NCBI GenBank assembly: GCA_951406725.2
Contig: OX597827.1
Coordinates: 22,072,001 to 22,136,000 of the forward strand
Direction: 5' to 3'
Length of the DNA: 64,000 nucleotides
DNA from: Octopus vulgaris
Lineage: Eukaryota
Below the pieces are notes generated by a model, which searched no databases, was not told the origin of the DNA, and saw only the letters and a program-made list of their open reading frames with translations. Below are positions 37,511 to 50,174 of the stretch, one piece after another. How positions within the stretch are numbered: position 1 is the first letter of the stretch; each line of letters starts with the position of its first letter. A program made the translations under genes and the position numbers.

Positions 37511-39311
37511 ATTATTATTATTATTCTCCAAGTGATCCTTGTTAATCAGCTTCACCCATTTAATTATTGCAAATACTCCTGCCATTATATCTTCTACTTG
37601 TAGTCCCATAACTTTGCAATGCACTCGTTTAACCTCGCCTGTGGACAGTTGAGCTGTTGGTACTTCTTGAGCCCTGGTTTGCTTTGAATTTGCAAGAATT
37701 TTAGGTGCTTCCTATTTGATTATCTAAAGAGGAGTAGGAGGCTATCTCTTATAAGCTCTTGCTTTCACTTGTATTGAAAACTTGTCCTTGCCATTAAACA
37801 ACAAGTATTCCAAGTTGAAAAGAACAATTTGAAAGATATTTAGATTTCTAATAAGATGCAATATTGTCAAACTGCTGTGGACAGGAGAATCAGTGGAATC
37901 TCTGAGAGCAGCCTAATACTTGTTTTATGCCTGTACACATGGTCTTGTAATACTGGATGGCTAGATGGTTAAGAAGTTTGCTTTGCAATCATGAGATATT
38001 CAGTTCAAGCTCTCTACTTGGTACCCTGGGCAATGACTTGTGCCATAACCTCAGCTTTCTGAATGAAATTGAGTTGAATGGAAACTGGAAACAAATGAGG
38101 TGGGATTGTGTGTGTAATGTAACGATCCAGTTGACAATTGTGATGAGAGTACATGTCTGTGGAGTACTCAGCCACTTGCATGTTAATTCAATGAGTATTC
38201 AGTAACTCAGTTGATTGGGTTACTCATGAGGGGTCGATAGTGCAGTGTAAACCGTCTCTAGATACCGTGTCTAGTAATTGGAGCTCAATGCTAGAAGCAA
38301 ATAGCAGAGAATATAAATTTACCCCCAAATATTAAAACCCAAACAACCAAAGATTCAGCAGAGATAAGGAAAAGCTGGACTTCTGTGAAAGGAATTCAAT
38401 TTGATGAAATCCCAAACAGTTTGATCAGTTATTGCCCATCAAAAATGCACTCGTTAAGACACTCCTGGTAAAAGCATATATAATGAATTTTGGTCAGAGC
38501 ACATTAAACCCTGATTGCAAAATATCTCTTCACAAATAAACTATTGTAGCACCCTCATAACTCATTGCAAGAGCAACCAATCACGTCATTTCTTTCCATC
38601 TTATAAAATTTTATTTTACTAGTTGCCAGGGAAATTTCTTCTGTTGACAAATCTAAAACATTTAACATTTGATATTTCATAAACTTTGGTGTACAATTTT
38701 AGTATATAAAGATTTTAATTCCTTCTTTGTTGTTTGTATTCATATTTTAAACTTTTTCTTTTGTTTTAGTTCAGTATTTGTGGCTTGCCTTCATTTTTAT
38801 GAAAAACAAAGTATAAGAGATAAAATTAATTTAAATATTATGAGGCTTCACTGTAGATCTAATGAAAGTGTAAATGTATACTACACTACTGATGTGCAGA
38901 AAAAAAAGAAGAGGGGGAGAATATTCTGACTGACTATTTCGTGGTTTGTTGACTGCTCCTCAGAGAAGACACAGTTTCTGTCTCCAGTTAGCTTCTATAG
39001 TAAGCAGTCATAAATTAAGCTAGTACAGTTGTGGATAGCCTAATTTCCATATTTGTGCTTTGTCAGCTTGACATTAATTAAACAATATCCATATTATGCA
39101 ACACTCAGAAGAATTGAAGTAAATATTATAAAACCTCGTTATGGGTTAAATAGTTCTGTAATTACACTATAATATTCTTTTGTACAAAAACATTAATACT
39201 GTAGACAGTATGTGTTTACATTCTTATTCATCTCACTGTAAAGTTTTATATTTAAATTTATTTCTAGATTTTCACTGTGTTGTGCATAGACAAATATCGT
39301 TTAATTAATGA

Positions 39312-39679
39312 CTAGTACTATAACCCAGCAACGCCGGGTCATAGTGCTAGTGCATGCATATACAGCTGTGTGCGCACGTATATGCAAGTACTGTCCAAAT
39401 CTCCGACCAATCACATACAGCTAGCTGGCATTCAATTGGCGTATCAAGTTTCGGACATTTTGATTGGGTTTTGGATAGAAAATTCGCAAAAAAGTCACTT
39501 CTATTGATTTTTTAATGGCTTTGCGAGGTGACTGGGGAAATGTAAAGATGTGCACGACCACCCTTGGACGGTTTTGAATGACCATAGAAAGTGCGAGCCC
39601 TCTAACTGAAAAATTGTGGATTTGTATAAAAGATACACACACACACAGACAGACATTTTGCCGTTTATATATAGAGAGA
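39312..39679 (-). mobile_element. Complete non-autonomous Helitron (368 bp)
   Basis: minus strand A|TCTCTCTATATATAAA ... 3' hairpin ... CTAG|T; inserted in an AT dinucleotide, no TSD. Confidence 0.85.
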
Positions 39680-40459
39680 TGAACTGCAAAACGCACAAAT
39701 ATGCAAATTAAGCTATCCACAAATGTCTTAGCTTAATTTACGACTGCTCAATGGTCTGCGTATCTTATTGACAGGAGAAAGAAACTAGTTATAGCTTGTG
39801 AGGAGTGGTTAACAACCCATGAAACAGTCTCTCATGAGACTTTCTCTCCTCTCAGTAGTCCAGAGGGAATGTGTTTGCATTATACTATCCAGATTTTAGT
39901 TCTTCTGATTCACACTGTTATGCATAAATAGACAACTTTAAAAAAACATTATATTCTTAAGTGAACAAAATTATCTTTATAGCATTTATTTTAGTGGAAT
40001 TTGTTTTAAATTGAAGCAGTGGGAAGCAATTGTTCCCAAATGTCATATGAATCAACAAAAGGGTAAACCGCATTTTCTGTTATTTGGATTGGTGGAATTG
40101 CAAGAAATTTTAAAAGCCACGGGGCTTTAAATAGTTAAGGAGAAAATAACTGATTAATTATAAATCAATTATCAACTTTGAAGGAAGAACTCTACTGATG
40201 TACACAGAATAGAAAAAAAAAATCTTTGGAAATACAGGGATATTTAATTCCACATGCCAATAACAAAGCCTGTGGACCAGATGGAATTCAAAATTGCAGG
40301 CAAAAATTAAAAATCTTATAACAAGCAACTTCTTTCAATAATAATATCACAAATCACTCAATTCAAACACTTTCTTAATTCTTTTATGCTGTCAATAATA
40401 AGTGCAGAATAACTGCACCTCCATTTTGTTCAGTGAGAGCTCAAATTTAAAACTAGTTT

Positions 40460-40870
40460 TTCAGGTTTAAAGAGAACTAAGAGACCTGTTTAGAAACACT
40501 TCGGGTTAGGGGACAGCAAAGAAATGTATCAAAGAGCTAAAGAAAAAAGCTAAACATCATGTATATATAGTAGAAGGAGAAGTAAAAAGAAAGAGGTTTC
40601 TACATGTTCTGTGATATGAGGATATTCTGGATTATTAAAAGAGTAAAAGAGAGAATTAAGATGTTTTAGTGGGGTGGAGTAAGAGAATGGTAATAAACAC
40701 ATTTGCTCGTACAAATGGATGAAAATAAAATAAGTAAAGACAGAATACTATGAGATGTTGAATTTAGAAATGAGAGAAAGTCCACCTGAAGTAGACTCAA
40801 CAGAGGAACCAACCTTTCGAGTGAACAGTACTGGAGACTGGACAATTAAGGATATGAAGACAGTGGCTGT
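40460..40870 (+). mobile_element. Highly decayed RTE LINE ORF2 linker (between EN and RT)
   Basis: ...KKKAKHHVYIVEGEVKRKRFLHVL...; ESPPEVDSTEEPTFRVNS...IKDMKT. Confidence 0.6.
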
Positions 40871-41004
40871 TGAATTTATAATCTGAGGGTTTTGAAGCAG
40901 TTGTCCATTGTAATTCTCTTGTGCTTCGATTTTCAAAGAGATATTCCCATCAGCAAGGACAGCTGACCTCTTGTCATCGTCGGCAGCGACTTTAACTTGT
41001 ATAT

Positions 41005-41900
41005 TAGTAGTGATTAAGCCTCTTCGTCTTGATGGGTGTGAAAGGTACCTGAGGCGACTGTTCAGGTCAAGACGAATGGGCGGGAGTGGATGCATTTATC
41101 GCAGGGGAGAGCTGGTGGGAGGTGAAGAAGTGTGAGTCGCTCTTTGCGTCTTCGACGTCTGATCCCTGCCTCTTGGCATCTGTTATTTTCCATCCGGTCT
41201 GTTCCTTCGATGACGACATGCCACCAGTCCTCGGCGATGGTCTCCAAGGTATTTGGGTCAATGGAGCAGCGGAGAAGAGTGGCCTTGGGCTGGTCATGGA
41301 AACGGAATTTGGAAACTCTGCATGGTCTGGTGCTTGAGGCCAACTCCACAAAGAGGAGTTGACGGAAAAGGCGCCTTTCAGGGGCACGTATGATGTGTCC
41401 CGACCAGCGGAGGCGGTGTCGTGCCATGATGGCTTCAATACTGTGGTGGTCCGACCCGGAACAGAACCTCTTCATTGGTAGTGTAGCCTTTCCATCAAAT
41501 CCTCGTGATTGCGTGAAATTTGTGCTGTTGGAAACGTTCAGTTTTCTTCAAGTCCCGTTAGTACAACACCCACGTCTCCACCGTAAAGGAGAGGGGAAAG
41601 TACGACAGCTTGGAATACTACTACTTTCGTTTGGATGGTGAGGTGGTTTGGGAAGACCCATTTAGAGAGTCTTCCGAAAGCAGGATGGGCCGCACTGATC
41701 CAATTCTCGATGTCTTTCTGCATGGTGCAATCGCTGGACAGGTAGTTCTGAGGTATGAGAAAGTCTCCACAGTTCCCAGGACAGTGTCACGTAGCCTTGT
41801 GTCATTGTTGTCAGAGGGATGTTGACTGGAGGGGGGGGGGGGCGATCTCCATGCAAGAATCTTCGTCTTCATTACGTTTGTGGCCAGACCAAAGCAGGTA
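41005..41900 (-). mobile_element. Decayed RTE-clade LINE 3' part (RT end, LRWSGH domain, degenerate zinc finger)
   Basis: TVETFSYL; AFGRLSKWVF...TKVVVFQAVVLSPLLYG; SIEAIMARHRLRWSGHIIR; PCDKC; frameshifted. Confidence 0.87.
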
Positions 41901-42279
41901 TACAAATAGCTGACCCCTATGACTATACATACCTTTTCCTTGCCAGGCCCAAACAACGATATCCGACCTGTTACGTTTGCACTTGCTAAAGGTTTCCATG
42001 GGAATGTTCCACCAATACTTCTTGTGTTGATGCTTATGTAAGCAGGGGGGGGGGGTCTCCATATGTATCCCAGTACAATCAATTGGGGGTGGGGTCGGGG
42101 TATAGCATTGTATATTGTTTTAGCAACAGCATCCTATTACATAGGGAGGCAGTCCCTTGACATTTTTCAGCAGCTGCTGATCACATGTGTAATGTCTTCC
42201 TCGGAAATATGGATTAAGCCATTTTTCTGATTGCATCTTGAAGCTTCCACGGCTTCACTGTCTCTTTTGTTTATCTGTT

Positions 42280-42525
42280 TGTTTGTATGTATGTATGTAT
42301 GTTTGTATGTATGTGTGTGTGTGTAATGTATGTATGTGTGTGTGTATGTATGTATGTGTGTATTTGTATGTGTGTGTGTGTATTTGTGTGTGTATGTATG
42401 TATGTGTGTGTGTATGTATGTATGTCTGTCTATGTATGTATGAATGTATGTATGTGTGTCTGTATATGTATGTGTGTGTCTATGTCTGTATATGCATGTG
42501 TGTGTGTCTATGAATGTGTGTGTGT
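42280..42525. repeat. (TATG/TG)n compound microsatellite
   Basis: directly visible. Confidence 0.9.
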
Positions 42526-43501
42526 CGCGCGCGCGTGCTTTCATGAAACAAAGAGGGTAAATCCAACTCAAGGTCGGTAACTCTCGTTAACAGAAAGAAG
42601 ATGAATCTCGGTCTGTTTCGATATTTTTATTCGCCATTCTCTTGGCTACAACTTCGCTCTGTTGAGTGAGTGTGCCAGGCAGATCGAGTTGGTTTTAACT
42701 CATTTGGAAGTTGCTGTATGATGTAGAGGCCATTGGTGCGATCGAATGTGCTCTTTGAGGTGTGTGTGTGTGTGTGTGTTTAGCCCCAGGTTAACTCTGA
42801 TCAAATAGACCTATGGTGAAAGACATTCCACTCTGGACCATCCTGTCTTTTTAAGGGTAACTAGGAATACATTGTCCAATGGATCCTCTTTTTAAAGAAT
42901 TTGGGTAGAGTTGGTGTGTATTTGTAGCTGGTCGGGCGATCACGTAGGTGTAGGCTTTCTATGATTTGAAGGAGATTTGCCTGTTATTTCTAACAAGTCA
43001 AACGACCTCATCAAGTAAAACGATAGAAATTATTGAGGTAAAACACAAGAATATTTCTTTTCTTTTATTTTTAAAAGACGAAAATTGGGAAGTAGATTGA
43101 CAGAATCGGTAGAGTGTGAGAGGTAAAAAAAAAATGCCTTGCGTTATTTGTGGCAGCTCTATATTTCTGGGTTCAAACCCTGCTGAGGGAAACTTTGTTT
43201 TTCACCCTTTCGAGGTTCACAAAAATAAGTTCCAGACAAGAACTGATGTCGATCGGTATCTTCTTAGGCACTTCCTTCAAAATTGCTGACCTTCTGTCTA
43301 AATTAGTAACCATTATTAAAAGACGGGACTAGGACGGTGGTTTGGTATATTTTCGTACCACAATCAAGATTATTCCACGATAAACGAAGCCGTCCTGCAC
43401 TTCTTTCTTTTCTTTTTTAACTTCCTGGACGTTAGAAGTGAGTATCCCGTTGTTCAACGTCTGATTAAAAAAGCAACCCCACTCTCAAACTGAAGATGGG
43501 C

Positions 43502-43975
43502 AATAATAATAATGAAATTATTGTATACAGTGCTCAGGTGCACCACAACTTGTCAAAAAGTGCGTATAAAGTGTATGCAGTAATGTACAAATGTCTGGAA
43601 AGCGAACAGTGTATGAGTCAGATACATGCTTGCGTGTGTATGGAAAGTCAGGTGTAGTGTTGGCGAATCTCAGGAAGCATGAAAGTTTTGAAGGATGCAG
43701 TGCTCCGACAACTAACAACTGAAGCCGGCAGTTTGTTCCATGCTTCAGCAACTCTCAGCGTGAAAAAATGTTTCCGAAAGTCATGGGAGCTGTGCTGTTT
43801 TCTGACTTTGTAAACATGTCCACGGGTGTTAGACAGGCCGAGTTTGAAAAGGTGCTCAGAGCTATTGTTTGTAAGATGGTTAATAATTTTATGGGTGTCT
43901 GCCAAGTCAGCTGCCAGATGCCGGAGTTTCAATGTGTCCATGCCCAGGGAAGTAAGGCATGTCTGATTCATTTGC
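43502..43975 (-). mobile_element. CR1/L2-group LINE 3' end (same family as 10111-10500)
   Basis: TLKLRHLAADLADTHKIIN...TRGHVYKVRKQ...RKHFFTLRVAEAWNKLP; (ATT)n tail. Confidence 0.9.
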
Positions 43976-44353
43976 GCATGCATAGGTGTGTGGATGCATT
44001 TCTATTTAAATATATTCCAACCATGACCATCCTGTCTGTTTGAAACCCAAATCTCTCTCCCTACCTCTTACACCCTACCTTTTTATACAAGTAATGCTGC
44101 CTGACAAATAGAAATACAAAAAATCCGATGGCCATGGCTGGAATGATTTTGGGGATAGGTCAATGACCAGATTTAAATCTGGAGGAGGGGGCACTGGGCA
44201 TTTCAAGTTTGGTGGGCGCCTCATACCTAAAAATTAATATCCGTGACAAATCTCCAAATTCACGTCCCACAACTCGTCCATTGCATGGAAGTGTCAAGTT
44301 TTCACATAAAAAGTTTGAATGCATCTGTCAACGCCAAAGTTTATCATCTAAAC

Positions 44354-44569
44354 CAGGGGTGGGCAAACTACGGCCCGCGGGCCGCATGCGGCCCGCCATA
44401 GGTTTTCATGCGGCCCGCCGAGAGCTTTTATGAATCCCAACTTCTATGCAGATACTTCGTAACTGTACGGTAATTCACAATATTTTCACTTGATTTTTAT
44501 AAATGAGGCCCGCCAAGGTTCCAAAGACGCACTGTGCGGCCCGCGATCAAAAAAGTTTGCCCACCCCTG
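44354..44569. mobile_element. hAT (Charlie/Buster-type) MITE, 216 bp
   Basis: perfect 16-bp TIR CAGGGGTGGGCAAACT; perfect 8-bp TSD atctaaac (44346-44353, 44570-44577); GGCCCG subterminal repeats. Confidence 0.95.
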
Positions 44570-45298
44570 ATCTAAACTAAGTACAGCAAGTGTTACCCAC
44601 CCTTACTACTACTACTACTACTACTACTACTACAATACTTACGAAAATTCTTTCTTTTGACATTTGACATCTGAACAATCTTTAATGATTTCCTCACACT
44701 ACCGCCATCAGAACGCTGCTCTCTTCATCCAAAAGGTAACGAGGCACTTTGTCTTTGATGCGTTATCTTGGGTCTCAGTTCTTTATCAATTTACTGAATG
44801 ATTTCTCTCCTGAATAAACTCGTGGCCATCAAGCTCAAATGTATTCTCTAAGTGCTTCAGCAACACTTGGAAAGTTATCAGCAAGCCCTTCATCATTGAT
44901 TAAAATGCCCGCTGAGATGGGGGTGAAGCTTCACTTGCGTCTATAAAAGGCTGCAAAACGTACAATTTCCACTACGAACACATAACTAAAATCGCAGGTG
45001 AAAGTAGTGACGAGTTTTACAGCTTCAGTTCTGGTCGCTGCATCAAGTGGATGACATAAATACACAATGACTATGAGCTTGTCGTGTACTGATTGATTGG
45101 TTGCCCTGCATTTTTAAAAGGCAACTGATCTAAAATGACGTTGAAAGTCTCGCAACTGGATGTTTCTCTTGCAGAAAGAAGAACTTCCTCTGTGGCTAAT
45201 GCTGGATTTGCATCATGTTTGTTTCTCTTCCTTTGTCTCCCTGCCGAACGCATCTCACTTTATATCATGAAAAATCAAACGCGAGGCATTCACACACA

Positions 45299-45342
<44 letters not shown>

Positions 45343-45348
<6 letters not shown>

Positions 45349-46246
45349 AATCCCAAAAGTAACCGGAAATGTTCTCTGTGGAACAAGCCCGTTGTAGTTC
45401 GAGCTTCCGCCGCTAGAAACCACTTGATGCAACCCCCAGGCATCAGTCTGACGACCGACGTCTTCGGGCAAAGTCGTACTGACACGTGATGCGTCTTTGC
45501 TTTGCAGTAATTCCCCACTGTTCGTCGTTTTTTGCGATGGCTGAAACGAAGAAACAGCATGCTTCCGTGAAATTCTGTTTGCGGCTGGGGAAAACGGCGG
45601 TCGAAACAGTTGTCATGCGTCAAACAGCTTCAAAGGAGGCTGTCATGAGCAAAACAGAAGTTTACGAGTGGTTTGTCACGCTTTATGAATGGTCAATTGT
45701 CGCTCGAAGATCAATCTCGTCCAGGACGACCGTCGACTCCTTGAACGAATGAAAACATTATGAAAATTCATACACTGATCTTGGTGGACCGTCACCGAAC
45801 AATTGACGAATTTGTTGATATGACTGGTATGTCCTGGAACTCCTGCCAATGGATTTTGAGCGAAGAATTGCGAACGAAAAAAGTTGCAGCAAAATTTGTG
45901 CTTCGCTTGCTCATGGAAGATCAAAAGCAGCCAGGACTGAATGCGTTTCGTGAACTGAAAGAATAGTCGGCAGTTGATCCGAAACTTTTATCGAAGGTCA
46001 TCCCTGGTGAGGAAAGCTGGTGCCACGGAATTTGTGGATGTGGAAGAGATGAAGCAAAAAAACCAAAAAAAAAAAACAGGACAGAGGTGTTAAAAGGCAT
46101 CATTTCGCAAGAGTTCAGGACTGCTTCGAACAGTGGAAAACACATCTGAGGCATCGCTTCAAATGGAGAATACTTTGAAGGTGATAAAAGTGTAAAACGA
46201 AGTGAATAATTGTGCAAAATTCCGGTTTCTTTTTGGTATCCCTTCG
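45343..46246 (+). mobile_element. Mariner transposon, internally deleted and frameshifted
   Basis: ~28-bp imperfect TIRs; ATG at 45537, MAETKKQHASVKFCLRLGKT...VYEWF (HTH), RPGRP, KFVLRLL (WVPxxL), VIPGEESW (first catalytic Asp motif altered), terminal GEYFEGD; most of the DDD core missing. Confidence 0.92.
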
Positions 46247-46496
46247 TGTGTGTGTATGTGTGTATTATCTTTTGCCTGTTTCAGTCATTTGACTGCGGTC
46301 AGGGGGCACCGCCTTGAAGAGTTTTAACCGGACAACTCGATCCCAGGACTTTTTTTATAGCCTAGAACTCATTCTATCAGTCACTTTCTGCGGGACGTAA
46401 ACACACCGACACCGGTTGTCAAGTGGTGGTAGGGTAAAAACTCAGACACAAAAACACACAAACGTAGACATGTACATACATACATACATACATAGT

Positions 46497-47043
46497 GGCT
46501 GCCCCTCGTTATCGAGTATGGCCATTGCACGAAGCTTAATCAATGTTGTTATCGTGCAATGCCTGTGCAAGCAGATTTTTTTTTAAAGTGAGGAAAGGCT
46601 GTGCACTGAGTCAATCCCACTCACTAAGCGACAGCAGCCATAATCCGAAAAGAAGAACAAGTCAACATCATCGGTAACCACTGAGCCGCAGGTTTTACGT
46701 CGGGGTTATCCCAGTTACCTGAGTTACCTTCTCCTTGAAGGATGCCCTAACAAAGGCTAGGAGTCCTTCACTCCCAACGGCTTAACCGCGCGATCGGGTA
46801 TTCAGTCCGATTATTTGTATGTCCCCGCGCATGATACAGCCTTAAGACATTTATTGGATGGCCGTTGACTCTGAAGAGTTCCTCCGCCTTTTGACGGGTT
46901 TTGTTTTTCATCCCGCGGGGTGTCCAATAAACACCCTCCTCACCAAGCAAGCTAGGTGGGGTTGCCAGTTTAGTCGCCGACGACCCGACCATGCAACAGG
47001 TTGTACTGGGTTACATGTTACCAGTAGCACTCGAAAGTGACCT
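46497..47043 (-). mobile_element. ~550-bp non-autonomous RTE-related retroelement inside (TACA)n
   Basis: 5' ~200 nt shared with 49990-50178; RTE-like 3' end ctcgataacgaggggcagccac; same microsatellite on both sides. Confidence 0.65.
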
Positions 47044-47044
47044 G

Positions 47045-47200
47045 ACATACATACATACATACATACATACATACATACATACATACATACATACATACAT
47101 ACCTGCATACACATACATACATACATACATACACATACATACATACATACATACATACATACATACATACATACATACATACATACATACATACATACAT
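47045..47200. repeat. (TACA)n microsatellite
   Basis: directly visible. Confidence 0.95.
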
Positions 47201-48569
47201 GTATATATGTATATATTCTTTTATTTGTTTCGGATCTTCGTGGTTTTCGTTACTGTTTACAATTATCATTAAAAACACCTCTTAATGTATCATATAAATG
47301 TAATTTTTGACGCTGAATCCGAATTTGTTTTTCTTTTCTTCTATAAATATTTTGCAAAAAGTTACAGGTGTTCAAAGTTTGACAATTGTCAGCATTTTCA
47401 GCCAATCAGAAAACAGCGCGTTCGCTGCCCCTTCCATCATCAGTGGGGTGGGGGTCATTGGCATGTCAAAACATGGCTAGTTCCCTTGTACACGCACACA
47501 CATAAACTCACAAAGTTGAAACGTTCCCACTACCAAGTTTGCCATCACCCCTTCCTTTCTTATTCATATGTTAAGACGGAGAAAAACCAAGAGTATTATC
47601 ATAGTAAAAAGATTATCGTTCTCGTATCTCAATCTCTTCCTTGTACGCATGCGCAGCATCTTTGGTTACTATGGAAACAGAGTTTTTCGCCACGGTGATG
47701 TGCAAAATACTAGCTTCTCATTGGCTAAAATACCCAAATTCTGTACATTTTAAAGGCTAATAACCTTTTAATTATGAATTTATAGGAAAACTGAAACTCA
47801 TTTTCATAATTAGTAAACAAAATCTAATCCATAAATTATACTCGTTATACTCGAGATTGCTCCAATGTGGCCAGCACTAAGGAAAAACTAAGCTAAGAGC
47901 ATTAGATTCCTTGGAAGAAAGCAGCGAATGTACACGAAAACAAGGACAGTAAAAAAGAAACGGAGAAATGTTACATAAATACAAATGCAAATAACAGGAC
48001 ATAACAACAGGTGTCTTTCGACTAAGGATGAATTAAGCTGGCGTGTGTGGAAGTAAAGCCTTATGGCAGAGACATAAGAGATGACAGGCATGGGGAGGAA
48101 TGTAGATGTTGCACGGATGGTAGTCGAACCAAAAAAGAAAGGTCAGGCTTGGCCGAACATCGGTCACGTGAGGTTAGAGAAGAGAGGTAGAGGCAGAGGG
48201 ACAGAAGAATTAGGGAGGGACGAGAATAAAAGGAAAGAGTGAAGTGAAAGAGGAGGGAAGGAGAGAATGAAGAGAAAGCCAGGAAATGTGAGAGAGGGGG
48301 AACGAAAGAAAGAAGAGTGGAAAGAACGAAGTAAGTGTGAAGGGGCTGATAGAAAGAAAGAATGAAAGAATAAGAGAGTCGTACAATATATATATATATA
48401 TATATATATATGGTGTCAAGCCTATCTGGCGACGTTGATGTTCGCCTGGGGCTAAATGCAACAGTAACACCCCCACCACCCTGCCCTGTCCCTAGCCATA
48501 TTCAGATGGCTTTAGTCCCTTATGTTATGGAGCAGTTACTGTCTATATCTCAATTTAGAGAATTATTAT

Positions 48570-48627
<58 letters not shown>

Positions 48628-48669
48628 CTAAAGTGTACGTGCGCCGCCATATGTATATAAAAAAGAATT

Positions 48670-48853
48670 TAAAAAATGGGACAAGAACGCAAAACATCCA
48701 GACAGCTAGAGGATACAAAAAAGGGACAACAAAAGCACTCAGATTGATGATACAAAAGAGGGAAAGAAAACTTCGAATGATCCGTCTGTGTTTTTTATTG
48801 TCCCTCTTCTGTATCATCTGTCTGGATGTTTTGCGTTCTTGTTCTATTTTTTT
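48670..48853. repeat. Inverted repeat between (TA)n tracts (foldback or Penelope-like relic)
   Basis: aaaaaatgggacaagaacgcaaaacatccagacag vs ctgtctggatgttttgcgttcttgttctatttttt. Confidence 0.8.
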
Positions 48854-48889
48854 GTATTCACATATATATATATATCATGATAGATCATT

Positions 48890-49070
48890 AGCCACTACAC
48901 ATATTTTTTTCTCACCTTGTTTCTCTCCTTCTTTTTTCTGTGTCCCTTTCTGTAGAAGAGCGTAGGCTCGAAACGTAAAAGACTTTTTCTATTCCTGAGC
49001 ATTATACTAATACATCTGTTTGTTCTGTACACCACCTGTCTTCGTCTTTTGTTTTTTCGTAAACCCTCCC
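48890..49070 (+). mobile_element. Penelope-like terminal repeat relic with a hammerhead-like fold
   Basis: cttt-CTGTAGA-A-GAGC-GTAG-GCTC-GAAA-CG-TA-aaag; flanked by (TA)n. Confidence 0.5.
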
Positions 49071-49092
49071 TATATATATATATATATATCAA

Positions 49093-49800
49093 CATCATCA
49101 TCATCATCATCATCAAGCGATGACTATTTTTCCCAGAACTTTATTTGTAGTTATGTGACCTCTGATAACTATGAAGTCCGATTCTAGAGAGACAGATGCG
49201 TCCGCAAGAGAAGCATTTAAAGCCTTGCTGCTGTTGACTTCCAGGGTTCTGCCCGTGTCACCGGGCGCCACGCGCCACTTCAGTTTGCAGCAGATCTTCT
49301 TGCGGGTTGGTGGTGCCAGTCTTGTATGCGTCGTGCTAGCTTGTGCGACCTGCAGCCATTGATGCGAAACTGTCGGGTGAGATATGACACTTTTTCAGCG
49401 TTGCCTTCAGATGATCTTTAAAGCGCTTGTGCTGGCCACCGGCAGAGCGTCTTCCGTACATAACAAGGCGGGGCAATCGATTTGAAGACATTCGAATGAC
49501 ATGCCCCGTTCATCTGGCTGTTTGTTCGGCCCCGTATCACAGCATGAGGGATCCTGTTCCACCAGTGTAAGCTAAAGAGTTGTTGAAGGCGAGAGATACG
49601 AAACCGTTCGAGCATCTTGATATGACGTCAGTAGGGCACCCAAGACACGCAACCATCATACAACACGATTGAGACACAAACAGCATTGTAGACAGCCACT
49701 CTTGTTCCAATGTTGATGTTTTTGTTGAGAAGGACGCGAGTACTTTGCCGACCAAACGCAGCAGAGACAAGACGAACACGGCTCTGAATATCGCCTGTCA
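49093..49800 (-). mobile_element. Decayed RTE LINE 3' part with C-terminal zinc finger and (GAT)n tail
   Basis: LERF...LHWWNRIPH...; FKCFSCGRICLSRIGLHSYQRSH at ~49162-49228. Confidence 0.85.
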
Positions 49801-49989
49801 GATTGAGGGTGTTGTTTGTAGCTTAAGGACTTCTCTGTCCTGAATGGTTTTTATGTTCGGAGTTGTCCTTCTTCTAGTCTTAACAGGTGCTACCGCTCCA
49901 GACCAGGGCGGACCTGGGAGCTATGACAAATTAAAAGGTAACTCCACTTTCATCAAGACAAAGCCCGCTGTCATCAGATGCTGTTTCAG

Positions 49990-50174
49990 ATCTTGTCCAG
50001 GATCATTTGTTGGATGGTCGTTGACTGCTCATGAGTATTTTTCATCCTGCAGGGGGTCCAACAAACACCCTCCCTCACTAAGCAAGCTTGGTGGGGTTGC
50101 CAATTTAGCCACCGACGACCCGACCATGCAACAGGTTGTACTGGATTACATGTTACCAGTAGCACTCAAGAGCG

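Noticed and set aside
40748-41095. Minus-strand ORF with cadherin-like words (GLITT, IEAQE, STATVFISL)
   Set aside because: No DxNDNxP/LDRE calcium motifs; its ends overlap RTE remnants on both strands
42167-42580. His/Thr- and Val/Cys/Tyr/Met-rich ORFs (also ~46908-47278 and ~51244-51563)
   Set aside because: Microsatellite translations
45537-46190. Functional or domesticated (SETMAR-like) transposase
   Set aside because: Frameshift, stop codons, altered first Asp motif and deleted catalytic core; no SET domain
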